Origin: Gemmatimonadota bacterium
Lineage (GTDB): Bacteria > Gemmatimonadota > Gemmatimonadetes > Gemmatimonadales > GWC2-71-9
DNA: 64,000 nt
NCBI GenBank assembly: GCA_036679605.1
Contig: JAZDCZ010000254.1
Span: 96,001-160,000 of the forward strand
Direction: 5' to 3'
Under the pieces are notes generated by a model. It was not told the origin of the DNA and ran no database searches. It saw nothing but the letters and a program-made list of their open reading frames with translations. Positions 39,728 through 50,338 of the stretch are shown piece after piece. The position numbers and the translations under genes are program-made. The number at the start of each line of letters is the position of its first letter. Positions within the stretch are counted from its first letter, which is position 1.

Positions 39728-41878
39728 CTACCTGATCCGCAAGATGTTCAGCAAAGGGCCGTTGGTGAGTCTTACACCGAAGCCACGCTGGCCGGCTCCT
39801 TGCTGAATCAAGAAGTACTCACCCGATCCTCCCACAATCGCACCGCTCACACTAAAACTGCCTGCTGAGAATACCATCGGTACGATCGGATACGGCAAGT
39901 CGAATAGGTTGGGAGATTGGTCGTTAAGAGATTCGTATACCTCTCGTAGTTTCCAACTCTCATATTGTAGACGCGCGGGCACCGAAAGTCCTGGCAGATC
40001 CGACACGAAGTTCGCCAAGATCCAGTCGCTCAGTAGACCTGGAACCGGTTCCCCTGTGGCCGCGGCGACATTCTCTTGGCCCGTTCGACTCGTTTCCGAT
40101 AGCCGCCGGATCACATCTGGCCCGAACTGGTCGGCCACCCACCGGATGAAAAGCCAACTGGCACCGCGCTCTTCCAGGGTTCCCGTCCCGGAAGCGAAGA
40201 TCGGTGAAACCATGCCGGGAGCCTTCATGTACTTGAACGCGTTCAGTAGGTCTCCGATTGCAAACGAAGAAAAGCGGGTCTGGTCTCCCAGGGCTTGGAA
40301 ATGACGGGCACCCAACTCCTCGGCCAGGTGCGACATGGCTTCGTTCAGCCAAGTTGCCTCGGTGTTACCTCCTCGCAATAGAACGTGTTGATAAAAACTG
40401 ATCATGTGCTGGAACTCATGAACGAACGTAACGGGCACAAGCCTGCCCACTCGATCCTTAGACATTTCACATGTTACAGTGCCGCTGGGATCAGGCACTA
40501 TTGAGTAGAAGATCTCCGCCTTATTCGAACGCGGATCTTTATTCGCAGCTGGATCTATGTCCAACGCGAAAAAGAAACCTGTTACGATAGAGTTCTCACA
40601 TTCCGCCCGTGCGGTCAATGCGTTTACTTTCGGTGACAGCAAGATCAACACACGTCCGTTTTCATCGCGATCAGATTCGGCTCCAAACGCACGCGTGCCC
40701 ACATCGTATAGGTCTTCGTCGAACAGTCGGCCCAGTTCCTGGAATTCCTGGGCTGAGAACCCTCCTGCTGGAGCATCTTTGTCCTGGTATATGACCGCCC
40801 GTTCGCCGACATACTTGACTTCGGCCTGCACTTCCGGGAAATCCTCGACAGGTCGACACTTAATCTTGTCGCAGATGCGAAACTTTTTCGTGTCTCCGAC
40901 CGAAATCCCCAACTCGATAGATGTTGCTGCGGATGATGCCTGAGGGACTTCACGCAGGATTCCCACCAGGTCCTTTTCCCTCGCCCTTAGAAAGTCGTGG
41001 AAACGAGAACTCGAAGTCGGTGGAGACGGCACGCTCAAGCTGACGGGGACGGGCGAGCCGGCAGAATCTCCGTTGAGCTGATACGAGAAGGTCGCGCTTG
41101 CATTAGAGCCCGCGGCGTTTGGCACCAAGAGATACTCGGCTCCACCCGGACCCGCATCGGGGAACCTCGCGCATCCTAGCAACAATCCCGCCGGGACAGA
41201 AACATACTCACCCACATCGAGTCGCAATGGCACGGTGGATGTTTGATATGTGGCACTCAAACTATTGGAACGGGCAAGTCCGACGCGCGCGGTAATGGCA
41301 ACCGGCCCGGCACTCAAGCAGGGTGGTACCACTGCTGAAAGTCCGCCCGCGATTACAGAGACCCCTAGGATCTCTGCAATCACACCTGCGATATCGAGCA
41401 CTACCGAGTCGGTCAGGAACGTTCCCTGTAGCACTATGGTGTCGCCTGGACCGAAGAAAGTTGGAGCGACACTGGACAGCGTAGGTGGACTTACAGCAGT
41501 TGCCGAGAACGACACCGTAATCGAAGGCTTACGAACCAGCGTCGCCCGCACCGAGTAGTTGCCCGGTGTTGGGCCCAGCGTCAGAAACACCTTGCCCCCC
41601 CCTGCGCCGTCAGATACCGTAATCATGTCGGACAAGGTGGCGCCTATACCCTGGGTTACCTCCCACCTCACCTCACCACGAGGAATCGGCTTGGCGCCTG
41701 GGTCGGTGACCAGGACCGTCAGCGGGACGGAAAGCCGGTTTCCGGCAGTCGCCCGCTGTCCGTCTCCATCTACCTTCGTCATATTCTCGGCCTGCGGCAG
41801 ATCTGGCCCTCCACCTCCACACCCACAAATCGATAGACCCAACCCGACGACGAAAATGCCCGCGAATCTAGACGTCAC
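39728..41878 (-). CDS. Lipoprotein with Ig/IPT-like domains and an M30-like zinc metallopeptidase domain
   Basis: Lipobox ICGC; GDGQ-type Ig repeat, IPT-like segment, HEFQH...WLNEAMSHLAEE gluzincin motif. Confidence 0.75.
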   Translation of the reverse strand: MTSRFAGIFVVGLGLSICGCGGGGPDLPQAENMTKVDGDGQRATAGNRLSVPLTVLVTDPGAKPIPRGEVRWEVTQGIGATLSDMITVSDGAGGGKVFLTLGPTPGNYSVRATLVRKPSITVSFSATAVSPPTLSSVAPTFFGPGDTIVLQGTFLTDSVVLDIAGVIAEILGVSVIAGGLSAVVPPCLSAGPVAITARVGLARSNSLSATYQTSTVPLRLDVGEYVSVPAGLLLGCARFPDAGPGGAEYLLVPNAAGSNASATFSYQLNGDSAGSPVPVSLSVPSPPTSSSRFHDFLRAREKDLVGILREVPQASSAATSIELGISVGDTKKFRICDKIKCRPVEDFPEVQAEVKYVGERAVIYQDKDAPAGGFSAQEFQELGRLFDEDLYDVGTRAFGAESDRDENGRVLILLSPKVNALTARAECENSIVTGFFFALDIDPAANKDPRSNKAEIFYSIVPDPSGTVTCEMSKDRVGRLVPVTFVHEFQHMISFYQHVLLRGGNTEATWLNEAMSHLAEELGARHFQALGDQTRFSSFAIGDLLNAFKYMKAPGMVSPIFASGTGTLEERGASWLFIRWVADQFGPDVIRRLSETSRTGQENVAAATGEPVPGLLSDWILANFVSDLPGLSVPARLQYESWKLREVYESLNDQSPNLFDLPYPIVPMVFSAGSFSVSGAIVGGSGEYFLIQQGAGQRGFGVRLTNGPLLNILRIR

Positions 41879-42050
41879 CGCTCCTCCTCAAGAGTTCGAT
41901 TCTGGTACCGACGCGCGCCATGCAGTGTTCCGAGGCCTACCATTCCGGGGCAAGGTGACATTCCAGTGCTGCCCGACACGAATCAAACCTCTCCGCCCAA
42001 AGGCCACGTAAACCACGGAAACATGGTAACATACGGCATTCTGACGTATT

Positions 42051-42079
42051 TTGACAACGCTCTGCAGCGTCGGTAGCTT
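42051..42079 (+). promoter_or_regulatory. Sigma-70-type promoter for dnaE
   Basis: TTGACA-N17-TAGCTT, 42 nt upstream of ATG 42122. Confidence 0.6.
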
Positions 42080-42121
42080 ACACGACGTGACCGCAGAGAC
42101 CCTCCTGGACGCGGCAGAACT

Positions 42122-45100
42122 ATGAGCTTCGTCCATCTACACACTCACTCCGAGTATTCGCTTCTCGACGGAGCGTGCAGGATACCTCACCTAGTAAGAA
42201 AGATCACCGAGCTGGGTATGGACAGCTTGGCCGTCACGGATCATGGTAACCTCCACGCGGCTTGGCGGTTCTATGAGGAGGCCAAGACACAGAAGATCAG
42301 GCCCATCATGGGGTTCGAGGCCTATATGGCATTCGGACCGCGGCAGGCGAGAGAGAAACCCGCTGATGCGCCGGCCCAATATTCCCACCTCGTTCTATTG
42401 GCGCGGAACCGAACGGGATACAAGAACCTCATCCGGTTGTCGTCGATCGGTTTCGTGGAGGGTTTTTACCGCCGTCCACGGATCGACAAGGAGGTTCTGG
42501 CACAATTCAGCGAAGGAATCATCTGTCTTGCCGCCTGTCTCTCGGGCGAAGTATCGCTCTGGCTCAGGCGCCACGACCTGGAAAAAGCCAGGCAATCGGC
42601 CGAGTGGTTTGCACAGACGTTTGGCCCAGACCGATTTTGGTTGGAGGTCCAGGATCACGGGATTGCCGATGAACGACTTGTAACCGAAGGGATGTTCCAG
42701 CTGGGCGACGAATTGGGCCTACCTATCGTCGCGACCAACGATGCGCATTACTTGGACCGGGCAGACCATGAGGCCCACGATTGCCTTCTCGCCATAGGAA
42801 CCGGGAAGGATTTGGACGATCCGAAGCGCTTCCGCTTCTACGGCCAGGAGAGTTATGTCAAATCCGAAGCAGAAATGGCCGAGTTGTTTCCGGAAAGACC
42901 GGACGTATTGGAGAACACTCAACGAAGAGCGTTACGGTAGTCCGCTGCCAGGGGCGGTGCAGCAAAGGCTCGACTACGAGATTGAAACGATCACGCGTCT
43001 TGGCTACTCGGGCTACTTCCTCATCGTCCACGACTTCATAAGTGCCGCACGCGAGCGAGGCATCCCCGTCGGACCAGGGCGCGGATCGGCCGCTGGTTCG
43101 CTGGTCGCTTTTTCCCTCAGGGTTACAGATGTTGATCCGCTCAAATTCGATCTTCTTTTCGAACGGTTTCTCAATCCAGATCGAGTATCGATGCCCGATA
43201 TCGATGTCGATTTTTGCTTCGAGCGCAGGGCTGAAGTAATCGAGTATGTCCGCGAGCGATACGGTAGGGAAAGTGTCGGGCAGATCATTACGTTTGGAAC
43301 CATGAAGGCACGGGCCGCCGTCCGGGACATTGCACGGGTTCTCCGTGTCAGTCCTGCGGATGCCGACAAAATCGCGAAGCTGATACCTACCGGGCCCGCC
43401 TACTCACTTTCCGTCGCAGAGGCCTCGGCCAAGATCCCCGAACTCGCCGAGTTGGCACGGGACAATGAAACGATCGCCCGCCTGTTGGTTCTGGCCGAGC
43501 GAGTCGAGGGTCTGTCGAGACATGCATCTGTACACGCAGCAGGAGTAGTGATAGCTCCGGGGCCACTGCACGACTACGTACCGGTTTGTACACAGCCACA
43601 GCGTGGAAGATCGTCGAACGGGAACGGCAGAGACTCGCTCATCACTCAATTCGACATGGTTGGTCTCGAAAAGATCGGCATGTTGAAGATGGATTTTCTT
43701 GGTCTCAAAACATTGACCGTCATTCAGAACGCGGTCGAAATGATCAGCGAGCGGCACGGTTTGGACATCGACTTCGACACTGTAGACCTCGATGATCCCA
43801 AGGTCTACGAGATGCTGCGCGATGGCCGTACATCCGGGATATTCCAGTTCGAGTCGCCGCTTGGCACCGATATCCTGCGTCAACTGCGCACCGATCAGTT
43901 CGATGACCTAGTGGCAACCAACGCCCTGGTAAGACCAGGGCCACTGGATTCCGGTATGCATCACGTATACATCCGCCGGAAGCGTGGGGAAGAAGCGGTG
44001 AGCTATCCCCATCCAGACCTGGAAGAAACTCTAGAGCCCACCTACGGAGTGATTTTATATCAAGAGCAAGTCATGCGCATCGCCAATGTACTTGCAGGGT
44101 TCACTCTGGCCGAAGCAGACGTGCTGAGAAAAGCTGTCGGCAAGAAGGACGCACCACTGATCGAGCGAGAGCTAATGCGCTTCGTGGATCGTTGCATCGA
44201 GCGCGGTCATGACAGAAAGACCATCGAGGACATTGCTTCGCAGATCACGACGTTTGGCCGCTACGGTTTCAACAAGTCTCACTCTGTCGCGTACAGCATC
44301 ATTTCATTCAGAACCGCCTGGCTCAAGGCCCACTATCCCGCCGAGTTCATGGCGGCGCTCCTGTCGTCGGAAATCGGGGACACCGACAAAGTGGTGACCT
44401 ACATCAATGAGGCTCGCGAACTGAACCTTGAAGTGTTGGCTCCCTCGGTAAACGAATCTGGGCTGAAGTTTACGGTTACAGGCGATTGCAACATCAGGTT
44501 CGGACTGGGTGCGGTCCGAAACGTGGGACGAGGCGCCATAGAGTCGATAGTTTCTGCACGAAAGTCCGGAGGTGACCACAAGACACTGGCCGATTTCTGC
44601 GAGAGAGTAGACCTGAGGCTTTGCAACAAGAGAGTATTGGAATCTCTCATTGCCGCGGGCGCTTTCGATCAGTTTAGCGGGCACCGGGCACAACTCACTG
44701 CTGCGATCGACTCCGCATTTGCCGAGGCGCAACTTCGACAGGCCGACCGAGCTTCAGGCCAGGAGAACCTGTTCGGTGACCAGCCGCAGAAGACACCTGC
44801 CTCAGATGCAAACTCTTTGCCAAACACCGCACCGTGGTCGGAGGCCGAACGACTGGCCAAAGAAAAAGCGGTACTCGGTTTCTTCATTTCGGGTCACCCG
44901 CTAGAAAAATTCCGGGACGAGGTACAACTATTCGGCTCACGTACGACCGCTACTCTCGGAACATGGAGTGAGCACAAGGTGTCGGCAGGTGTCGTGGTGA
45001 CCATGGTTAAGCGCAAAATCAGCCGCAAGACTGGCTCAGAGTACGCACGGCTCACTTTGGAGGACTTTCACGGCACAGCTGAGGCGCTGGTCTTTCCCGA

Positions 45101-45494
45101 CAGCTGGAGCCGACTTTCACACCTTATCGAGCCCGACTCGGCGCTGCTTCTCACCGGTGCCTACAGCGCGCGGGACCGAGGTGAGGAGAGAGCGCCGTTC
45201 ATAGTCGAAGGTGCTCAACCCCTGACAGAACTGAGGCAATCCGGAGCAGTGGGAGTTGCGCTAGTATACAACGACCCAACAAACGCGGAAATTGATTCGG
45301 CCGGTGGAGTCGTGGCGCTCTGTGCCGCTCATCCCGGCCCAGCCCCGGTGTTCGTTGAGTGGAAGAACGACGACAATGGAGGTTGGACGACGTTGCGCTC
45401 CCGTAGACTCCGTGTTCAGCTGGACGAGGACTTTCTGGACGCCCTTCGCCTCTTGGTGGGGCCAGAGCGGGTTCGACTAGTGAAAGCGAAATAG
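42122..45494 (+). CDS. dnaE: DNA polymerase III alpha subunit, interrupted near 42920 (two frames: 42122-42940 and 42855-45494)
   Basis: Frame 1: PHP domain HLHTHSEYSLLDG...ATNDAHY...ENTQR. Frame 2: ERYG, GPGRGSAAGS, SMPDIDVDF, HAAG, KMDFLGL, YGFNKSH and OB fold. Confidence 0.93.
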
Positions 45495-45501
45495 GATTAC
45501 T

Positions 45502-46464
45502 GTGGCTGCACCGATAAATCTCGAGTTTGAAAAGCCCATCGTCGAGCTGGAGCACCAGATAGCGCATCTGAAGCGCTTGGCCAGAGATCGACGACTGGAT
45601 GTCGACGAGGAGATAGCGCCGCTCGAGGTGAAGCTCGCCGAGTTGAGGCGCGACACCTACGAGCGACTGACTCCAATGCAACGTGTGCAGGTGGCGCGTC
45701 ATCCAAAGAGACCGTTCACACTGGATTACATAGCCAGTGTTTTCACCGACTTCATCGAACTGAAGGGTGACAGACTGTATAGGGACGATCCGGCGATCGT
45801 GGGAGGATGGGCGCGGCTGGAAGGACAGCCAGTAATGGTCATGGGACACCAGAAGGGCCGGAACACCAAGGAAAACCTCAGGCGTAACTTCGGAATGCCC
45901 CATCCGGAAGGTTATCGCAAGGCATTGCGCTTGATGCAACAGGCCGAGCGATTCGGGGCACCAATTATCACCTTGATCGACACGCCAGGTGCATACCCTG
46001 GTTTGGGAGCGGAGGAGAGAGGGCAAGCAGGGGCCATCGCGCACAATCTCGAAAGAATGGCGGTGCTCAAAACACCCATCATATGCGTCGTCACGGGTGA
46101 AGGAGGGTCCGGTGGCGCACTTGCTCTGGGCTTGGGCGACCGCGTTCTGATGATGGAAAACGCGATCTACTCGGTTATTTCTCCCGAGGGCTGTGCAGCC
46201 ATTCTCTGGAAGGATGCCGCGCTCAAGGAACGCGCGGCCGCGGCATTGAAGTTGACTACGAAAGACTTGTTGGCGCTGGAGGTGATAGACGATGTCATAC
46301 CGGAGCCTCCAGGTGGCGCCCATACCGATCCGCAGGCAGCCGCCTGCGCGCTAAAAACTGCTATCGTCGCCAACTTGAGCAAACTCAAAGAGATGAAGCC
46401 GGAAAAACTCGTGAAGCTCCGGGCCGAAAAATATTTGCGCATGGGAAAGTTCCATGAGGACTAG
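45502..46464 (+). CDS. accA: Acetyl-CoA carboxylase carboxyltransferase alpha
   Basis: LEFEKPI, ARHPKRP, NFGMPHPEGYRKA, DTPGAYPG, GEGGSGGAL. Confidence 0.97.
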   Translation: MAAPINLEFEKPIVELEHQIAHLKRLARDRRLDVDEEIAPLEVKLAELRRDTYERLTPMQRVQVARHPKRPFTLDYIASVFTDFIELKGDRLYRDDPAIVGGWARLEGQPVMVMGHQKGRNTKENLRRNFGMPHPEGYRKALRLMQQAERFGAPIITLIDTPGAYPGLGAEERGQAGAIAHNLERMAVLKTPIICVVTGEGGSGGALALGLGDRVLMMENAIYSVISPEGCAAILWKDAALKERAAAALKLTTKDLLALEVIDDVIPEPPGGAHTDPQAAACALKTAIVANLSKLKEMKPEKLVKLRAEKYLRMGKFHED

Positions 46465-47532
46465 TTGCCCGAGCTGGTAGAGGTCCGGTTCAAGGGCAAT
46501 CGGCGAGGGTTTTTCTCCTGGGACAAGGACGCCCCACTTTCCGTGGGGGATCCCGTAGTTGTCGAAGTCGAGCGAGGCCGCGATTTCGGACGTGTGTCGG
46601 CCGTAGGGGAGAACGCGTCTCTCAAGTGTGGCGGATGCGATGGATGTGCCTTGACCGAATCCGCCGACATCGGTGGAACAATACTTCGTGAAGCAAGCAC
46701 CGATGACAGCCATCTGAGCGATGAACTGCGCAAGGCCGAGGAAGATGTTCGCCGCACGGTCATAAATCGTGTGCGCACACACAATCTCGCGATGAAGATC
46801 TGTGATGCCGAATGGCAGTGGGACCGGAAAAAACTCACGATATTCTTTACCGCAGATAAGAGGGTGGATTTTCGGGCGTTGGTACGTGACCTCGCTGGAT
46901 CGTTCCGCACCCGCATCGATCTACGACAGATCGGCGCTCGCGACGAAGCCAAGCGCCTCGATGGTCTTGGTCGATGTGGACGGCAGTACTGTTGCTCGTC
47001 CTGGCTTCCCGAACTGAAACCCGTCAGCTTATCTCTCGCGAAAGACCAGCGGCTCTCCCTCAATCCCTCGCAGATATCGGGCGGATGCGGTCGCCTGCTA
47101 TGTTGCCTCCGCTACGAGCACGAGTTCTACGTGACCAGTCGAAAGCGCTTCCCCAAAGAGGGGCGAACAATTCGTACCTCGCAGGGCAGAGAGACGGTCC
47201 TGGCTGTTGACATCTTCCGAGAACGAGTGCTGCTACGCTCGGAAGATGGATCACAGCGTTCGATGTCGTTGCCCGAACTCAAGACAGAAATCTCTGCTAC
47301 GGACGGACCGCTGCCGAAGGAGACGCCAGCCCCGCCACCGTCAGATCTCGTTTCCTTCGACGAGGGACAAGAGCAACTTACGACGGAAGGGGCAGTCGAA
47401 GCCGTTACGCCCAGAAAGCGCCGTGGGCGCAGACGGAGACGGCGACGCGGTCCGCGGCGTAACCAAGCCGGTCCCGAGCCGGGCTCGAAGAGCCAACCTC
47501 CGGAGAAGCCCGACGACGATCGTGACAACTAA
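46465..47532 (+). CDS. ricT: RicT/YaaT (PSP1 domain) Fe-S protein
   Basis: RVDFRALVRDL, RQIGARDEAK, GRCGRQYCC, ISGGCGRLLCCLRYE; Arg-rich tail. Confidence 0.9.
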   Translation: MPELVEVRFKGNRRGFFSWDKDAPLSVGDPVVVEVERGRDFGRVSAVGENASLKCGGCDGCALTESADIGGTILREASTDDSHLSDELRKAEEDVRRTVINRVRTHNLAMKICDAEWQWDRKKLTIFFTADKRVDFRALVRDLAGSFRTRIDLRQIGARDEAKRLDGLGRCGRQYCCSSWLPELKPVSLSLAKDQRLSLNPSQISGGCGRLLCCLRYEHEFYVTSRKRFPKEGRTIRTSQGRETVLAVDIFRERVLLRSEDGSQRSMSLPELKTEISATDGPLPKETPAPPPSDLVSFDEGQEQLTTEGAVEAVTPRKRRGRRRRRRRGPRRNQAGPEPGSKSQPPEKPDDDRDN

Positions 47533-49063
47533 GTTCTATATCACAACTGCCATAGACTACTCTAACGGCGAGCCGCACCTGGGGCACGCTTATGAGAAGA
47601 TCGGAGCGGATTGTATCGCCAGGTACCGGCGGCTGCGCGGTTATGAGGTCTATTTCGTTATCGGGATGGATGAGCACGGGCAGAAAGTCGCACAGACCGC
47701 AGACGAGATCGGTGCCGATCCGCAGGAATGGGTCGACGAGATAGCTGAGAAGTTCCAGGCTGCCTGGACCGAACTGTCCATTAGCAATACGGATTTCATT
47801 CGCACGACCGAAGAGCGCCACGCACGCGCGGCACAGGAACTCCTACGACGCATTGAGGAAGCCGGGCACATCGCTCAAGGGATCTATAGCGGTTACTACT
47901 GCGTTGGATGTGAATCGTTCAAGCAAGAGAAAGACCTCGTCGACGGACAGTGCCCAATCCATCCAACACGGGAGATCAGCTGGCTGGAAGAACCCAACTA
48001 CTTCTTCAACCTTGGGGCATTCCGTCATCGCCTGCTCGAGTTCTACGAAGCGAACTATGGCGACGCCCGCGACTTCGTTCGTCCGGTGTCAAAGTTCAAC
48101 GAGATCCGCAACGTCGTTGCCGAATGGGACGACGACTACGGGATGTCCGCGAGCCGTGCCCGACTACCCTGGGGTATTCCATGGCCGGGAGATGAATCGC
48201 ACGTAATCTACGTGTGGTTCGAGGCGGTCATAAACTACCTCACTGCGACTGGGTTCCCTGACGTTGGGTACGACAATATGTGGCCTGCCGATGTCCACGT
48301 GATCGGACCTGACATCCTCCGGTTTCATGCGGCCATCTGGCCAGCCATGCTCATGGCCGCCGACCTCCCGATCCCCCGCGGAGTATGGTGCCACGGTTGG
48401 ATCAACACGGCCGGTGCGCGCTTCTCGAAGAGCGCCGGCGTCTCACTGACATTGAGACACGCAATAGACCGGCACGGACCCGACGCACTCAGATACTTCC
48501 TGCTGCGTGAAATGCCATGGGACGCTGACGGGAATTTCTCTTGGGACCGGTTCGATACCCGATACACTTCCGAGTTGGCAGACGGGTACGGCAACCTCGC
48601 AAGCCGCATTCTCGCCATGATCGATCGCTACCTCAACGGACAGATCAACGAGGGTGGCGGTGAGACCGCTCTGGACCGCGCTGGAGACGATGTTGTCGTC
48701 GATTACGGCAATGCTATGGACGCACACTTGCTACATGAAGGCGGCGCAGCAGCGTGGCAACTAGTGGCGCGTGCCAACCAATTCTGCGAGGAAACTGCTC
48801 CTTGGACCCTCGCCAAGGAGGGGCCGCAATCTGAATTGCAGGCGGTACTTGCCTCGTTGGCTCGAGCGCTCAGTCGGATAACTGTCATGGCATCGCCGTT
48901 CATGCCCAACAAGACCCAGCTGGTATGGGAGGCCTTAGGCCAGGTGGGCCAGGTCCGCGAAGTGACTTGGGAGGCGGTAGAAACACCGACGGTCAGCGGG
49001 GCCCTCGGGAAGAAGCTCCTACCGCTGTTTCCCAAGCCCGGGGTTAGCACCGTAACTCCTTAA
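47522..49063 (+). CDS. metG: Methionine-tRNA ligase (short form without C-terminal dimerisation domain)
   Basis: GTG 47522: TTKFYITTAIDYSNGEPHLGH, DEHGQK, CVGCE...CPIH knuckle, YVWF, RFSKS. Confidence 0.95.
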   Translation: MTTKFYITTAIDYSNGEPHLGHAYEKIGADCIARYRRLRGYEVYFVIGMDEHGQKVAQTADEIGADPQEWVDEIAEKFQAAWTELSISNTDFIRTTEERHARAAQELLRRIEEAGHIAQGIYSGYYCVGCESFKQEKDLVDGQCPIHPTREISWLEEPNYFFNLGAFRHRLLEFYEANYGDARDFVRPVSKFNEIRNVVAEWDDDYGMSASRARLPWGIPWPGDESHVIYVWFEAVINYLTATGFPDVGYDNMWPADVHVIGPDILRFHAAIWPAMLMAADLPIPRGVWCHGWINTAGARFSKSAGVSLTLRHAIDRHGPDALRYFLLREMPWDADGNFSWDRFDTRYTSELADGYGNLASRILAMIDRYLNGQINEGGGETALDRAGDDVVVDYGNAMDAHLLHEGGAAAWQLVARANQFCEETAPWTLAKEGPQSELQAVLASLARALSRITVMASPFMPNKTQLVWEALGQVGQVREVTWEAVETPTVSGALGKKLLPLFPKPGVSTVTP

Positions 49064-49106
49064 CGTTTAATGGCTTACGAGTCATGGATTCGGCAACGGA
49101 AACACC

Positions 49107-49136
49107 TTGACAGGGGCCTAGCCGTTAGTCTATCTT
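49107..49136 (+). promoter_or_regulatory. Sigma-70-type promoter giving a ~170-nt leader before the M23 gene
   Basis: TTGACA-N18-TATCTT. Confidence 0.55.
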
Positions 49137-49313
49137 CTGCCCGCCGACAATTCCTTCCCTCGACCCGGCTTGTCGAGGACATGCTTAAATACAAGTGTTG
49201 CGCTTAGCCCGTCGTCCCGTGAGATGGATCACGGTTGCCCTACTCCGCTGGAGTTAGGTTCGCGCCGTCTCTCACTGACTCGGCTTTCTAGTTGAGAAGC
49301 GAGAAAATTACTT

Positions 49314-50240
49314 ATGGCAGCACGACGTTGGACAATCCTGATCGTACCTCCCGCAGCAGGGGTATCGAGATCGATGACGATCTCCTTGATCGCCCTGAGG
49401 GTAACGCTTGGCGTTGTAGCGGTCATTACCGCCGCAGCCCTGGGATTGGGGTACACGTCTATCTCGAAAGCGAGAGCGCTGTCCCAGCTGGACAGGATCG
49501 AGCGACGCAACGAATTGCTAACCCAAGAACTAGATCGGACGAAGGCGCTGCTGACGGAGGTGGCTGACACCATCGAGGCCATCTCGAGGCAAGATCTCAA
49601 GGTTCGCTTGCTGGCGGGGCTCGAACCCACCGATCCGGAAGTTCAGCAGGCGGGAATCGGCGGACCGATCGGCAAATGGACTGAAGACGAGCAGATCCTC
49701 TCGGAGGGCGTTGGCGGACGCCGCATGTTGGCGATGCGTACCGACTTGGCCACACTCATACGCCGAGCCAATCTACTTGCTAACTCATTCGATGCCGCCG
49801 CAGATAGCCTAGAGACCCATGTGGACCTCCTGAAGCGGACACCGTCGATCCGGCCTACCAAGGGCTGGCAGACGAGTCTCTTCTCGCAGCAGCGCATGCA
49901 CCCGATCTACCATGACGACAGGCCACACGAGGGAATCGACATCGCGGCACGAATGGGAACGCCGATCCTGGCACCTGCCGCCGGCACCGTCAAGAGCGTT
50001 TTCCAAAACAGCGGCTACGGTCTCATGGTCGTGATCGATCATGGCAACGGCGTCGTAACCCGTTATGCTCACTGCGACAAGTCCCTGGTCAGAACCGGCC
50101 AACGAGTTTCCCGTGGAGACAAAATTGCGCTGGTAGGAAGAAGCGGGATCGCGACCGCACCGCATCTTCACTACGAAGTCTTGCTCAACGGTAGACCGCA
50201 GGATCCGCTCAAGTACATATTCAATACGATCGTAGACTGA
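49314..50240 (+). CDS. M23 peptidoglycan endopeptidase with N-terminal TM and coiled coil
   Basis: HEGIDIAA, GYGLMVVIDHG, YAHC, PHLHYEV. Confidence 0.93.
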   Translation: MAARRWTILIVPPAAGVSRSMTISLIALRVTLGVVAVITAAALGLGYTSISKARALSQLDRIERRNELLTQELDRTKALLTEVADTIEAISRQDLKVRLLAGLEPTDPEVQQAGIGGPIGKWTEDEQILSEGVGGRRMLAMRTDLATLIRRANLLANSFDAAADSLETHVDLLKRTPSIRPTKGWQTSLFSQQRMHPIYHDDRPHEGIDIAARMGTPILAPAAGTVKSVFQNSGYGLMVVIDHGNGVVTRYAHCDKSLVRTGQRVSRGDKIALVGRSGIATAPHLHYEVLLNGRPQDPLKYIFNTIVD

Positions 50241-50338
50241 GCGACGTTCCGGCGCTCCAGCTATCGAGCGCCCCTATCTACAACCCCTACCCCGCCCGAG
50301 GGACCAGCCGCTCCAAGGTCCGGTTCTCACCCTTCCTC

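Noticed and set aside
42855..42940. Split intein or simple programmed frameshift in dnaE
   Set aside because: No intein terminal motifs and no slippery run; sequence appears to be missing, so a frameshift alone would not restore full DnaE.
48418..48432. RFSKS instead of KMSKS in MetRS as a sign of inactivation
   Set aside because: The catalytic second Lys is retained and [KR]FSKS variants occur in MetRS; the other motifs are intact.
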